DNA from: an uncultured Gammaproteobacteria bacterium
Lineage (GTDB): Bacteria; Pseudomonadota; Gammaproteobacteria; DRLM01
Length of the DNA stretch: 64,000 bases
Direction: 5' to 3'
Assembly (NCBI GenBank): GCA_963729605.1
Contig: CAVSNY010000006.1
Span: forward strand, 288,001 to 352,000
Positions within the stretch are counted from its first letter, which is position 1; every line of letters starts with the position of its first letter. Shown here piece after piece: positions 41,042 through 49,610 of the stretch. The position numbers were made by a program, and so were the translations under genes. The notes beneath the pieces are model-generated. The model was not told where the DNA came from, made no database searches, and saw only the letters and a program-made list of their open reading frames with translations.

Positions 41042-41953
41042 TCACGGCCGACGTTCCACGGTTTCGGGTTTAGGTTCCTGGGGAGCACCGGTCATACTCT
41101 CTTTTAACGACTGCCTCCAGTTTCCCTGGGCTATCTCAGGACTATTCTTAAGCTGGTCCAGGGTAGAAGAAATCCGTAATTTATCTTTCTTTTCGCCCAT
41201 GGAAAGCGTATTGGTAGGGACAACAACCACCTTGTCATTGATGCCCGCAAATCCTCCAATTGAAAGAATGGCGTAAGGTACGCGGCCGCCTTCAAAATCC
41301 ACGGCCAAGTTTTTCACTTTGCCAACATCCTCATTCTGACCAGTAATGATTTTTCCTCCGATAATATCGCTGGCTTTGCTGATCTTTTTGGTCTTTGCTA
41401 ACTCAGCCGGCATGTGTACGCCTGCACGCTGATACATGCTGTTTAAGGCTTGCTGATTTACAGAATTGTTCCACTCAGAATTCGGAAGTGCCGGAGATTC
41501 CTTAATAATCTTCTCTGATAAATTAAGAATAAGAGATTGGCCGGTCGCGACACTCGCTCCGTCATTAAACAAACCGAAACTTTGCGGCGGCATGGCTAAT
41601 AATTTATCGCCCATCCCCAGAAAACCACCTGCGGACACTACTACGTAGCTGATTCGACCGCCGTTCAAATCGATGGCTAAATCCTTCACTTCTCCAATCT
41701 TATTTTTTTTGTTGTCAGTAACGCTTTTTCCAATTATGTCGGACGCTTCTACAAATTTGTGGCCCTGTTCCAGCTCTTGGGCACGACGCCCGTCTTCCAC
41801 GCCCTCTTGAACTTTTCCTTGTCGACTTGAATCGGAAGCGGCGATGACCTCACTCGTCCCCAGCGTCATTGTCGAAAAGAAAATGGCGCCCGTTAAAAAC
41901 ATACCCGCCCCTTTCATGGGGCGAACCGCCAACATTTGCTTACTCATATCCAA
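41042..41953 (-). CDS. Secreted tandem PRC-barrel domain protein
   Basis: Two ASDIIG...IGEVKDL/VGKVKNL...YxxxSxGGFxGxxDK repeats; signal-like N-terminus. Confidence 0.82.
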   Translation of the reverse strand: MDMSKQMLAVRPMKGAGMFLTGAIFFSTMTLGTSEVIAASDSSRQGKVQEGVEDGRRAQELEQGHKFVEASDIIGKSVTDNKKNKIGEVKDLAIDLNGGRISYVVVSAGGFLGMGDKLLAMPPQSFGLFNDGASVATGQSLILNLSEKIIKESPALPNSEWNNSVNQQALNSMYQRAGVHMPAELAKTKKISKASDIIGGKIITGQNEDVGKVKNLAVDFEGGRVPYAILSIGGFAGINDKVVVVPTNTLSMGEKKDKLRISSTLDQLKNSPEIAQGNWRQSLKESMTGAPQEPKPETVERRP

Positions 41954-42263
41954 CTCCTTAATTTAAATAAACATAGACACTCGGGATCTGCCTGCGCATT
42001 TTTAGCAAGTGCCCTATACCACAGAAGACGACATACATTAAAAATTTTTAGAGCGGCTTGGAATTTCATACTCAATATGAGCATGGCCAGGTATGCCATC
42101 TGAGTTATCCGGCAAACACCTTCAGCCACGTGGCGGATAAATCAGAGTTAAATGAGCCTTACTTTTTGTGATTTAAACATCTCGAGAGAGGACCCGGCTG
42201 CGCAGGCAGACTCTAAGATCAACCTTCACTGCCAACTTTATACACCCCTCCCACAATACGTTC

Positions 42264-42279
42264 TGTACGCTGACGCACA
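42264..42279 (-). promoter_or_regulatory. Putative Crp-family operator upstream of PRC-barrel gene
   Basis: Minus strand TGTGCG-TCAG-CGTACA; TATAAA/TAAAGT 21-23 nt downstream. Confidence 0.65.
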
Positions 42280-42345
42280 GAGGCGGCAGATTGACGCTGC
42301 CTCATGCCGACGCTTACTCATATAATCTTCTGGCTGATTATGTTC

Positions 42346-42361
42346 TGTGCGGTAGAGGACA
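42346..42361 (+). promoter_or_regulatory. Degenerate Crp-family operator upstream of first Crp gene
   Basis: TGTGCG-GTAG-AGGACA; TATACT 18 nt downstream. Confidence 0.45.
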
Positions 42362-42475
42362 TACCAGGAAGGAGGGGTATATACTGCGACGGCGTAAGTC
42401 CATCCCCATATCAACCCATGGTCCTTATTGTCGAGATCGCCTCATGGAACGAATCTGACAGCATGGAGGTGTCGT

Positions 42476-43192
42476 ATGGCTTTACAAAAACCAGAGCACA
42501 ACAATCTTCTCGCCGCCCTGCCCGAGCCCATACGCGGGCGGCTGTTTCCGCATTTGGAATTAGTAGAGATGCCGCTTGGCGAGGTCCTTTACGAATCCGG
42601 CTGCCAGTTGCACTACGTCTATTTCCCCACGACCTCCATCGTGTCTTTGCTTTACGTCATGGAAGATGGCGCATCGGCCGAGATTGCGGTGGTGGGAAAG
42701 GAAGGCATACTCGGCGTCGCCATTTTCATGGGCGGTGAAACCACCCCGAGCCGGGCCATCGTACAGAGCGAAGGCCACGGATTCCGGCTCAAGGCGCAGT
42801 TGCTCAAGGATGAATTCAATCGTGCCGGACCGATGATGCATCTATTGCTGCGTTACACCCAGGCGCTGATTACCCAGATGTCGCAGACGGCGGTCTGCAA
42901 TCGGCATCATTCCGTACATCAACAACTGTGTCGCTGGCTGCTGTTGAGCCTGGACCGACTGCCTTCGAGCAAACTGACCATGACTCAGGAATTGATCGCC
43001 AATATGCTCGGCGTGCGCCGCGAGGGAGTTACGGAAGCCGCCGGTAAATTGCAAAACGCCGGGTTGATACTCTACAGTCGCGGACAAATCACCATTCTCG
43101 ATCGGCAGGGACTGGAGGCGCAGGCCTGCGAGTGCTATCAAGTGGTCAAAAAGGAGTTTGATCGCCTGCTCCCCGACCTGATGGCCGAGTAA
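42476..43192 (+). CDS. Crp/Fnr-family transcriptional regulator 1
   Basis: NNLLAALP, VYFPT, AVCNRHH, LCRWLL, HTH TQELIANMLGVRREGVTEAAGKL, ACECY; start at ATG 42476 after GGAGGT. Confidence 0.92.
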   Translation: MALQKPEHNNLLAALPEPIRGRLFPHLELVEMPLGEVLYESGCQLHYVYFPTTSIVSLLYVMEDGASAEIAVVGKEGILGVAIFMGGETTPSRAIVQSEGHGFRLKAQLLKDEFNRAGPMMHLLLRYTQALITQMSQTAVCNRHHSVHQQLCRWLLLSLDRLPSSKLTMTQELIANMLGVRREGVTEAAGKLQNAGLILYSRGQITILDRQGLEAQACECYQVVKKEFDRLLPDLMAE

Positions 43193-43254
43193 TTCCTTAC
43201 CAAGCGTTGCACACTCTCACCCTGACCCACCCACCTCGCAGAAATTACGCGCTA

Positions 43255-43270
43255 TGTTCGACAGCGTACA
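43255..43270 (+). promoter_or_regulatory. Putative Crp-family operator upstream of second Crp gene
   Basis: TGTTCG-ACAG-CGTACA; CAAGCT 21 nt downstream. Confidence 0.6.
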
Positions 43271-43662
43271 GAATTTACCGCCGCTTCGGCTCAAGCTTAG
43301 CGAGGATTATGTTAGCGAACCAGGATGTATTCTAAAAAGTGCGCCGCCTTTTCGCGCGCGGGAGAGTCTCTCTTAATATAGGCTAATATAGGCGGCACCG
43401 CTGAGGCTGCTAATAGCAGCACGGGCGCATGGGGGGCCGATAAAGGACGCTCCGTTTTTAACAAAGCGTAAATTCAGATAAGACCGAATTACACGCTTCC
43501 CGATCAAATTGCTAGTCGGCCCCTCTTACCAAAATATTGCGCATCGGGTCGGAGACCCTTTTATCCGGCAAACTCCATCCGAAATCAGGATTACATCGCG
43601 TACATGGCCCGCACCGCCCGTTGGCTTTAGACCCGACGCTACAGGAGATTCCTACCCCCACT

Positions 43663-44357
43663 ATGCACGCTCCTCATACCAATCGTCTGCTTACCGCGCT
43701 GCCCCCCAGGATCGGAAACACTTCCTTGCGAGCTGCGAACAAGTCGAACTCGTGTTCGCCGACGTGCTCTGCGAACCGGGCGACCCTATCCGTCACGTTT
43801 ACTTCCCCACCGACAGCTATATTTCTTTGGTTAATCCGATCGATCGCGACACCCGCCTGGAGGTGGCACTGGTAGGTAATGAAGGCATGCACGGGATTGC
43901 CCTGGTACTGGGAGTGAATATTTCACCGCTGCACGCCTTGGTGCAGGGCGATGGTTCCGCGTTGCGCATCAGCGCCGCGCCGTTTCGCCGTCAACTCCAG
44001 CACAGCCCGGCGCTGCAACGGGGTCTGAACAGCTACATCTATGTGCAAATGAGCCAACTCGCGCAGACGGCGGCCTGCACCCGTTTTCATGTGGTCGAGG
44101 CGCGTCTCGCCCGCTGGCTGTTGATGACCCACGATCGAGCGCATTCGGACGAACTGCATATCACCCAAGAATTTCTCGCCTCCATGCTGGGCGTGCGTCG
44201 GGTCGGCATCACCAAGGCCGCCGGCTCACTGCAAAAACGCAAACTGATCAACTATAGCCGCGGCACCATCACGGTTCTCAACCGCGGCGGCCTGGAAGCC
44301 GCTTCTTGCGGGTGTTATCAGGCCGACAAGGCAACGTACACCCGCATCATGGGCTAG
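43663..44357 (+). pseudogene. Crp/Fnr-family regulator 2, split by a 1-nt deletion in a C6 run (real or assembly error)
   Basis: [14 protein letters not shown] in one frame, QDRKHFL...[21 protein letters not shown]...SCGCY in another; junction GCCCCCCAGG at 43701-43710. Confidence 0.75.
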
Positions 44358-44502
44358 CCCGCCCGCCATATCTTGATGGATGGATGAAGTCTGCATGCGC
44401 AGTGCGGGATGAAATACTAGGTTACCCGTCTTCACGACAGCCTCGGTGAGACATGCCTCAATCTCTTGCATCCACTCACCCAGAGGCGTTTCCACTATTA
44501 AG

Positions 44503-44531
44503 AAGGAAGCTCTGAATAATTCCGTCCTGGA
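44503..44531 (+). repeat. Solo left end of the 33137-33221 MITE
   Basis: AAGGAAGCTCTGAATAATTCCGTCCTGGA matches 33135-33163 at 28/29. Confidence 0.7.
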
Positions 44532-44689
44532 TTCACCGGATATAAGGAGAGCGAAAAATGTCATGTTTTCTTTCCTTCATTAAACATTCTGCGCCCGCTC
44601 ATACCGCATAACCAAATTAATTGGTTACCCACATCGGCGGAACGCCGGTTGCATCTCAAATACGGTTCCTTTCCAAAAACTTTTCCTAA

Positions 44690-44705
44690 TGTGCGATAGC
44701 GTACG
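44690..44705 (+). promoter_or_regulatory. Putative Crp-family operator upstream of ice-binding-like gene
   Basis: TGTGCG-ATAG-CGTACG, with a degenerate copy TATGCG-ATA-AGTACG at 44722-44736. Confidence 0.6.
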
Positions 44706-44922
44706 GAAGGCGGTGGACGAATATGCGATAAGTACGGACGGCATGATAACCCGTCTTATCGCACTGATCCGATTTTGCATTAACGCCGGTCAAAGTGATG
44801 CTCACCCAGCCGCGAAGCCCGGCAACAGCGAAAGTCAAACATTGAAAAAACACATCGGCATAAACACCGGCAAAGAGCCGGTCGATTTTTTAACGATTCT
44901 GCCAGAGTAAAGAGGGTTGCAA

Positions 44923-46755
44923 ATGAAAAATTTCGAAAGCATTACTAAACTACCGACGCAGTTCATGACATTACTGTTGATTATATTAATGGCGGCATGC
45001 GAAGGCGGGCGAGATCCCATCCTAGGCGGGGGCGGTAGTCTCGCCGCACTCGCGCCGACGGTGACTGCCGTCGCCCCGGTCAATAACGCCACCGGCGTAG
45101 CGATCAACACCCTCATCACCGCCGCTTTTAATGAACCGATGGCCCCCCTCACCGGCGCGGCAAGCTTCACGGTGACGTGCGCGGCGCCTTGCACCGATCC
45201 CACGGGCACGGTAGCCCTCGACGCCACAAACAGGATTGCCAGCTTTACTCTTGCAAGCACAACCACCCTCGCGCCCTCCACCCTCTATACGGTCACGGTC
45301 ACCGGGGCTCGCAGTCTCGCCACAGGCCTGGCATTGGCGAGCCCCTATGTATGGCGCTTTACGACGGGCGTCACGTCGGACACCACCCGGCCCACAGTGA
45401 CGTCTACCGCCCCTGCCGACGGTGCTACCGACGTTGCGATCAACAGGAGGGTCACCGCGACGTTCAGTGAAGACATGAACCCGGCAACGATCACCGGAAC
45501 CAGCTTTGCGGTGACGGGGCCCGGCACAACCGGGGTAGCAGGCACGGTGAGCTACACTGTCGGTGCCAGAACCGCGATCTTTACGCCGACAGCCAATCTG
45601 CCAGACGGCGTCTTGTTTACTGCCACGCTTAACACGGGAAACGCGGATCTGGCCGGCAATACGCTGGCGGTTAACAAGGTATGGACCTTTACAACCGGTA
45701 CGGCCGCAGATACCACCGCACCCACGGCGATTCTGGTGAATCCCGCCGATCTTGCCACGGCCGTGGCAGTCAACAGTGCCGTCAACGTGACGTTCAGCGA
45801 GGCAATGGACCCGTTAACGATCAGCACGGCCAGCTTTATGGTACAAGCCAGCGGCCCCCCGCTGGGTCCAACATTAGCAGGGTCGGTCAGCCATGATCCA
45901 CTGACCCATATTGCAACCTTTACGCCCTCAAGCGATCTCGCAGTCAATACCGCGTATACAGCCACGGTTACCACCGAAGCCACCGACTTGGCGGGAAATG
46001 CGCTTGCGGTTAACAAAATATGGAGTTTTACAACTGCAGCAGCAGCGCCGGTGATACAAACCGCGGTAAACCTGCAATCGGTCGCACCGTTCGGCGCGGC
46101 GGGTGGCGCGGGGATCACCAGCTGCGGGAATACCGTGATTACGGGTGATGTCTCGACCACCTCCGCATCGACTTTAGTCACTGGATTAACCGATGGGAAC
46201 GGACTCGGCAACTCCTATACGATCGCGGGTTGTCCGGGAATAGTAGACGGAAAGATCTATACCGCCCCACCACCGCCCGGAGACGCAGATTCACTGGCGA
46301 TCGCAACTCAGGCCCAAGATGATGCGCAAACCGCGTTTGATGCCACCTCGCCCGCGTCAATGCCGGGGGGAATAAGTCAGGCCGCCGAACTCGGCGCGCT
46401 AACCCTCGCCCCCGGTATCTATACGTCGGGAACCTCGTTTGAGATAACCACCGTGGATCTCACCCTCGACGCCCAGGGCGACGCGAATGCCGTCTGGATA
46501 TTCCAGTCACCGAGCACGCTCACCGTGGGAGTCAATGTCAACGTTATTCTGACCAACGGCGCCAAGGCCAAGAATGTTTTTTGGCATGTCGGCAGTGCAG
46601 CCACTATCAACGCCGGCGCGGCGATGCAAGGAACCATCCTAGCCTTTTCAGGCGTCTCGATGGGTACCGGCGCGACGCTGGAGGGCAGGGCCATATCCCT
46701 GGTCGGCGGCCCGGTTACCTTGCTGAGCAACATTATCAACGTGCCTGCCCCGTAA
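44923..46755 (+). CDS. Lipoprotein with three Ig-like (Big_5/SbsA-type) repeats and a C-terminal DUF3494 ice-binding-like domain
   Basis: Lipobox LMAAC; 3x PTV/PTA...ATxVAxN...FxExM...WxFTT; C-terminal LAPGIY, LDAQGDANAVWIFQ, NGAKAKNVFWHVGSAAT, GTILA. Confidence 0.85.
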   Translation: MKNFESITKLPTQFMTLLLIILMAACEGGRDPILGGGGSLAALAPTVTAVAPVNNATGVAINTLITAAFNEPMAPLTGAASFTVTCAAPCTDPTGTVALDATNRIASFTLASTTTLAPSTLYTVTVTGARSLATGLALASPYVWRFTTGVTSDTTRPTVTSTAPADGATDVAINRRVTATFSEDMNPATITGTSFAVTGPGTTGVAGTVSYTVGARTAIFTPTANLPDGVLFTATLNTGNADLAGNTLAVNKVWTFTTGTAADTTAPTAILVNPADLATAVAVNSAVNVTFSEAMDPLTISTASFMVQASGPPLGPTLAGSVSHDPLTHIATFTPSSDLAVNTAYTATVTTEATDLAGNALAVNKIWSFTTAAAAPVIQTAVNLQSVAPFGAAGGAGITSCGNTVITGDVSTTSASTLVTGLTDGNGLGNSYTIAGCPGIVDGKIYTAPPPPGDADSLAIATQAQDDAQTAFDATSPASMPGGISQAAELGALTLAPGIYTSGTSFEITTVDLTLDAQGDANAVWIFQSPSTLTVGVNVNVILTNGAKAKNVFWHVGSAATINAGAAMQGTILAFSGVSMGTGATLEGRAISLVGGPVTLLSNIINVPAP

Positions 46756-46898
46756 GGCTCGAGGTCAAAATAAAGGCCGGCAGAGTCATTCTTCCTGCCG
46801 ACCTTTATTGCTTCATCAGGACAAAGTCAACTCACAGTCATGCTTCACCGTGACGTGATGACTTTAATTAAAGACGGTAAATCCCCCGGGAGAAAAAT

Positions 46899-48395
46899 AT
46901 GAAACTAGCAAGAGCCAAATCAGCAAGAACCTCAGGGACGCTGGGGTTGATGGCACTCGCTGCGATCACCAGCTCATTCGCAATGGCGGACGATTCAGGC
47001 TGGTACGGCGGGATCAATCTTGGCCACTCGAGCGCCAAATTCGACGACGGCAATATCACCCGCGGCCTACAGGAGCGCGGTTTTACCACGACCTCGTTCG
47101 CCGGGGACGACGACGAACTCGGCTATAAGCTTTTTGGCGGGTATCAGTTCAACAAGAATTTTGCGCTTGAAGGCGGTTATTTCGATCTGGGCGAGTTTGA
47201 TTTTACGGCGACCACGGTGCCGGCCGGGACACTGAACGGCAATATCAAGCTCAAAGGCGTGAATCTCGATGCCGTCGGCATATTACCCCTCGCCGAACGA
47301 TTTTCTGCATTTGGCCGGGTCGGATTGAACTACGCTGAAGCCGAAGACTCCTTCACCGGCACCGGATTAGTCAATGTGCTCAACCCCAACTCCAGCAAGC
47401 GTGATACGAATTACAAGTTTGGCTTGGGGCTTCAGTACGATTTCACGGAATCTCTCGCAATGCGCGCCGAGGCGGAACGCTACCGGATCAACGACGCCGT
47501 CGGCGACAAAGGCGACGTCGATCTGGTCTCGGTCGGCCTGGTCTACCGGTTCGGCAAAAATAAGGCCGCTCCCGTAGCCGCCACGAAAACGGCGGCGACC
47601 CCTCCCTCCGCGCCCATGGTTGCGGCGGCACCGGTGCTGGTTGTCGTGCCGGTCCCGGCGCAGACCGAACAGTATTGCAGCATTCTCGACATCCAGTTCG
47701 AAATTAACCAGGACGAAATTCAGCGCGAAGAGCAGGAGAAGCTCGCGGTGGTGGGCACCTTCTTGAACAAATATCCCGACACCACGGCCATGATCGAGGG
47801 TCACAGCGATAATGTAGGAATGCCTGAGCAAAATATAAAACTGTCCCAACAGCGGGCGAAGAGCGTGGTGGACTATCTGGTGAATAACTTCCAGATCGCG
47901 CCGTCCCGCTTGTCGGCGGTGGGCTACGGAGATACCCGCCCCATCGCGGACAACGGTACCGAGGAAGGGAAACGGCGGAACCGGCGTATCAATGCCGTCA
48001 TCGCGTGTGCGACGGACATCGAGGGGCTGACGGTGATCCCCGCCAGAACCACCATGGCCATGCTAATCGAGTTCGACCAGAACAAGGCCGATATTCGGCC
48101 GCAGTACCGCGATGAAATCGGCAAGGTGGCCAATTTTATGAAAGCGAACCCCTCCATCACCGCAACCGTGGAAGGCCATACCGGCAATCTAAGTGGGACC
48201 CCCGAGCTGGCGATGGAAATCTCGCAACGCCGCGCTCAGAAGGTGGTGGATTACCTGGTGGATAACTTTGGTATCGCACGTTCGCGACTTTCCGCGGAAG
48301 GCTTCGGCGAAACTCGACGTTTCGCCTACAACACCAGCTTAGAAGGACAGCAGGAAAACCGCCGGGTCAACATCATCTTCAACTACGCCAAGTAG
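46899..48395 (+). CDS. OmpA-family protein: N-terminal beta-barrel plus two OmpA-like C-terminal domains
   Basis: SGWYGG...GYQFNKNFALEGGY...GLVYRFG; two domains with EGHSD/EGHTG, SQxRAxxV, RLSAxG(Y/F)G, NRR(I/V)N. Confidence 0.88.
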   Translation: MKLARAKSARTSGTLGLMALAAITSSFAMADDSGWYGGINLGHSSAKFDDGNITRGLQERGFTTTSFAGDDDELGYKLFGGYQFNKNFALEGGYFDLGEFDFTATTVPAGTLNGNIKLKGVNLDAVGILPLAERFSAFGRVGLNYAEAEDSFTGTGLVNVLNPNSSKRDTNYKFGLGLQYDFTESLAMRAEAERYRINDAVGDKGDVDLVSVGLVYRFGKNKAAPVAATKTAATPPSAPMVAAAPVLVVVPVPAQTEQYCSILDIQFEINQDEIQREEQEKLAVVGTFLNKYPDTTAMIEGHSDNVGMPEQNIKLSQQRAKSVVDYLVNNFQIAPSRLSAVGYGDTRPIADNGTEEGKRRNRRINAVIACATDIEGLTVIPARTTMAMLIEFDQNKADIRPQYRDEIGKVANFMKANPSITATVEGHTGNLSGTPELAMEISQRRAQKVVDYLVDNFGIARSRLSAEGFGETRRFAYNTSLEGQQENRRVNIIFNYAK

Positions 48396-48563
48396 CGGTA
48401 GAACCCGGGCTGCACGGCCCGGCACCGCATTCCAAACCTGGTCAACGCCATCCCCTCGGAGATGGCGTCGACGCATCCGGCATCACTATTTTTCGCATAA
48501 AACAATCCTCAGAAAAATTTTGGGGGTCGTGACTACCGTGATCGGCGCGGTATGCCCGGCAAC

Positions 48564-48594
48564 CCGCCTTGATCACACGCCGTCACCCCCGGCG
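48564..48594 (+). repeat. Right island-boundary direct repeat
   Basis: CCGCCTTGATCACACGCCGTCACCCCCGGCG; 28 identities to 35531-35563. Confidence 0.65.
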
Positions 48595-48666
48595 GCTGCG
48601 CCCGCCCCGCCGCTCTGCTAAAGTAGCGTCCCTCTGACAGTCGGCGCCGGGCGCCGCAACCGCAAG

Positions 48667-49515
48667 GTGATACGCGTGTCCAAACTCGAGCAATTGGAAA
48701 AAAAACTGCTGCACTACGTGGGCAAGGCCATCGCCGATTACAATCTGATCCAAAGCGGCGACAAGGTGATGGTGTGCCTGTCGGGCGGCAAGGATTCCTT
48801 CACCCTGTTGCACATCCTGCATCTGTTGCGGCGGCGCAGCCACAATAAGTTCGAGGTGTTTTCCTATACGCTGGACCAGAAGCAACCGGGCTGGAACGAC
48901 GGCGCGTTGCGGGCCTGGCTGGAGGAACGCGGCTATCCCTATGCGATCGCCGCCAAGGACACCTATTCGATCGTCATCGACAAGGTGCCCGAGGGCAAGA
49001 CCTATTGCTCGCTGTGTTCGCGCCTTCGGCGCGGCACCATTTACGAATACGCCGCGCGCCACGGCCACGACAAGATCGCCCTCGGCCATCACCGCGACGA
49101 CCTCATCCACAGCCTGTTGATGTCGATCCTCTACAACGGCGAGATCCGCTCGATGCCGCCCAAGCTGCTCACCGACGACAAACGCCACATCGTGATCCGG
49201 CCGCTGGTGTATTGCCAGGAGGCCGACATCGCCGAATACGCCGCGCTGCAAAATTTCCCGATCATCCCCTGCAATCTGTGCGGCTCGCAGGAAAACCTGG
49301 CGCGCCAGCGCGTCAAGCAATGGGTCAATGATCTCGCCCGAGAGAATCCGAAAATCCCCAGCAATACGCTGCACGCCTTGCAAGCGCTGCAACCCAGTCA
49401 GCTCATGGACAAAGAGTGGTGGGACTTTAAAAATCTGGAGCGGCAGCGGATCACGCCGGAACAAATCACCGACGAGAGCGACGCCGCGCCGGAGCCCAAA
49501 ACCTCCAGCCTGTAA
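48667..49515 (+). CDS. ttcA: tRNA 2-thiocytidine(32) synthetase
   Basis: SGGKDS PP-loop, [24 protein letters not shown]; start could be GTG 48676. Confidence 0.93.
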   Translation: MIRVSKLEQLEKKLLHYVGKAIADYNLIQSGDKVMVCLSGGKDSFTLLHILHLLRRRSHNKFEVFSYTLDQKQPGWNDGALRAWLEERGYPYAIAAKDTYSIVIDKVPEGKTYCSLCSRLRRGTIYEYAARHGHDKIALGHHRDDLIHSLLMSILYNGEIRSMPPKLLTDDKRHIVIRPLVYCQEADIAEYAALQNFPIIPCNLCGSQENLARQRVKQWVNDLARENPKIPSNTLHALQALQPSQLMDKEWWDFKNLERQRITPEQITDESDAAPEPKTSSL

Positions 49516-49610
49516 GTCATGGACGCGCGCCGCACCGGTCTTGCGAGCGCGCGGCAAAACGCGTATACATCCCAGCAAAACGTGTTGCCAAATTCGCAGG
49601 GGACCCGCCG

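Larger units (their letters stand above)
35531..48594. mobile_element. ~13 kb accessory genomic island bounded by imperfect direct repeats; no integrase seen
   Basis: Direct repeat at 35531-35563 and 48564-48594; visibly lower GC and long intergenic regions inside; accessory gene content. Confidence 0.6.

Noticed and set aside
44226-44564. 112-aa minus-strand ORF with a purine-rich upstream region
   Set aside because: Overlaps the 3' end of crp2 and reads through the MITE-end remnant; no recognisable domain
45050-46040. Repeated nucleotide segments (e.g. GCGGTTAACAA twice) suggesting a CRISPR-like or DNA repeat array
   Set aside because: They encode the three Ig-like protein repeats; no regularly spaced repeat-spacer array or cas genes were seen anywhere in the window
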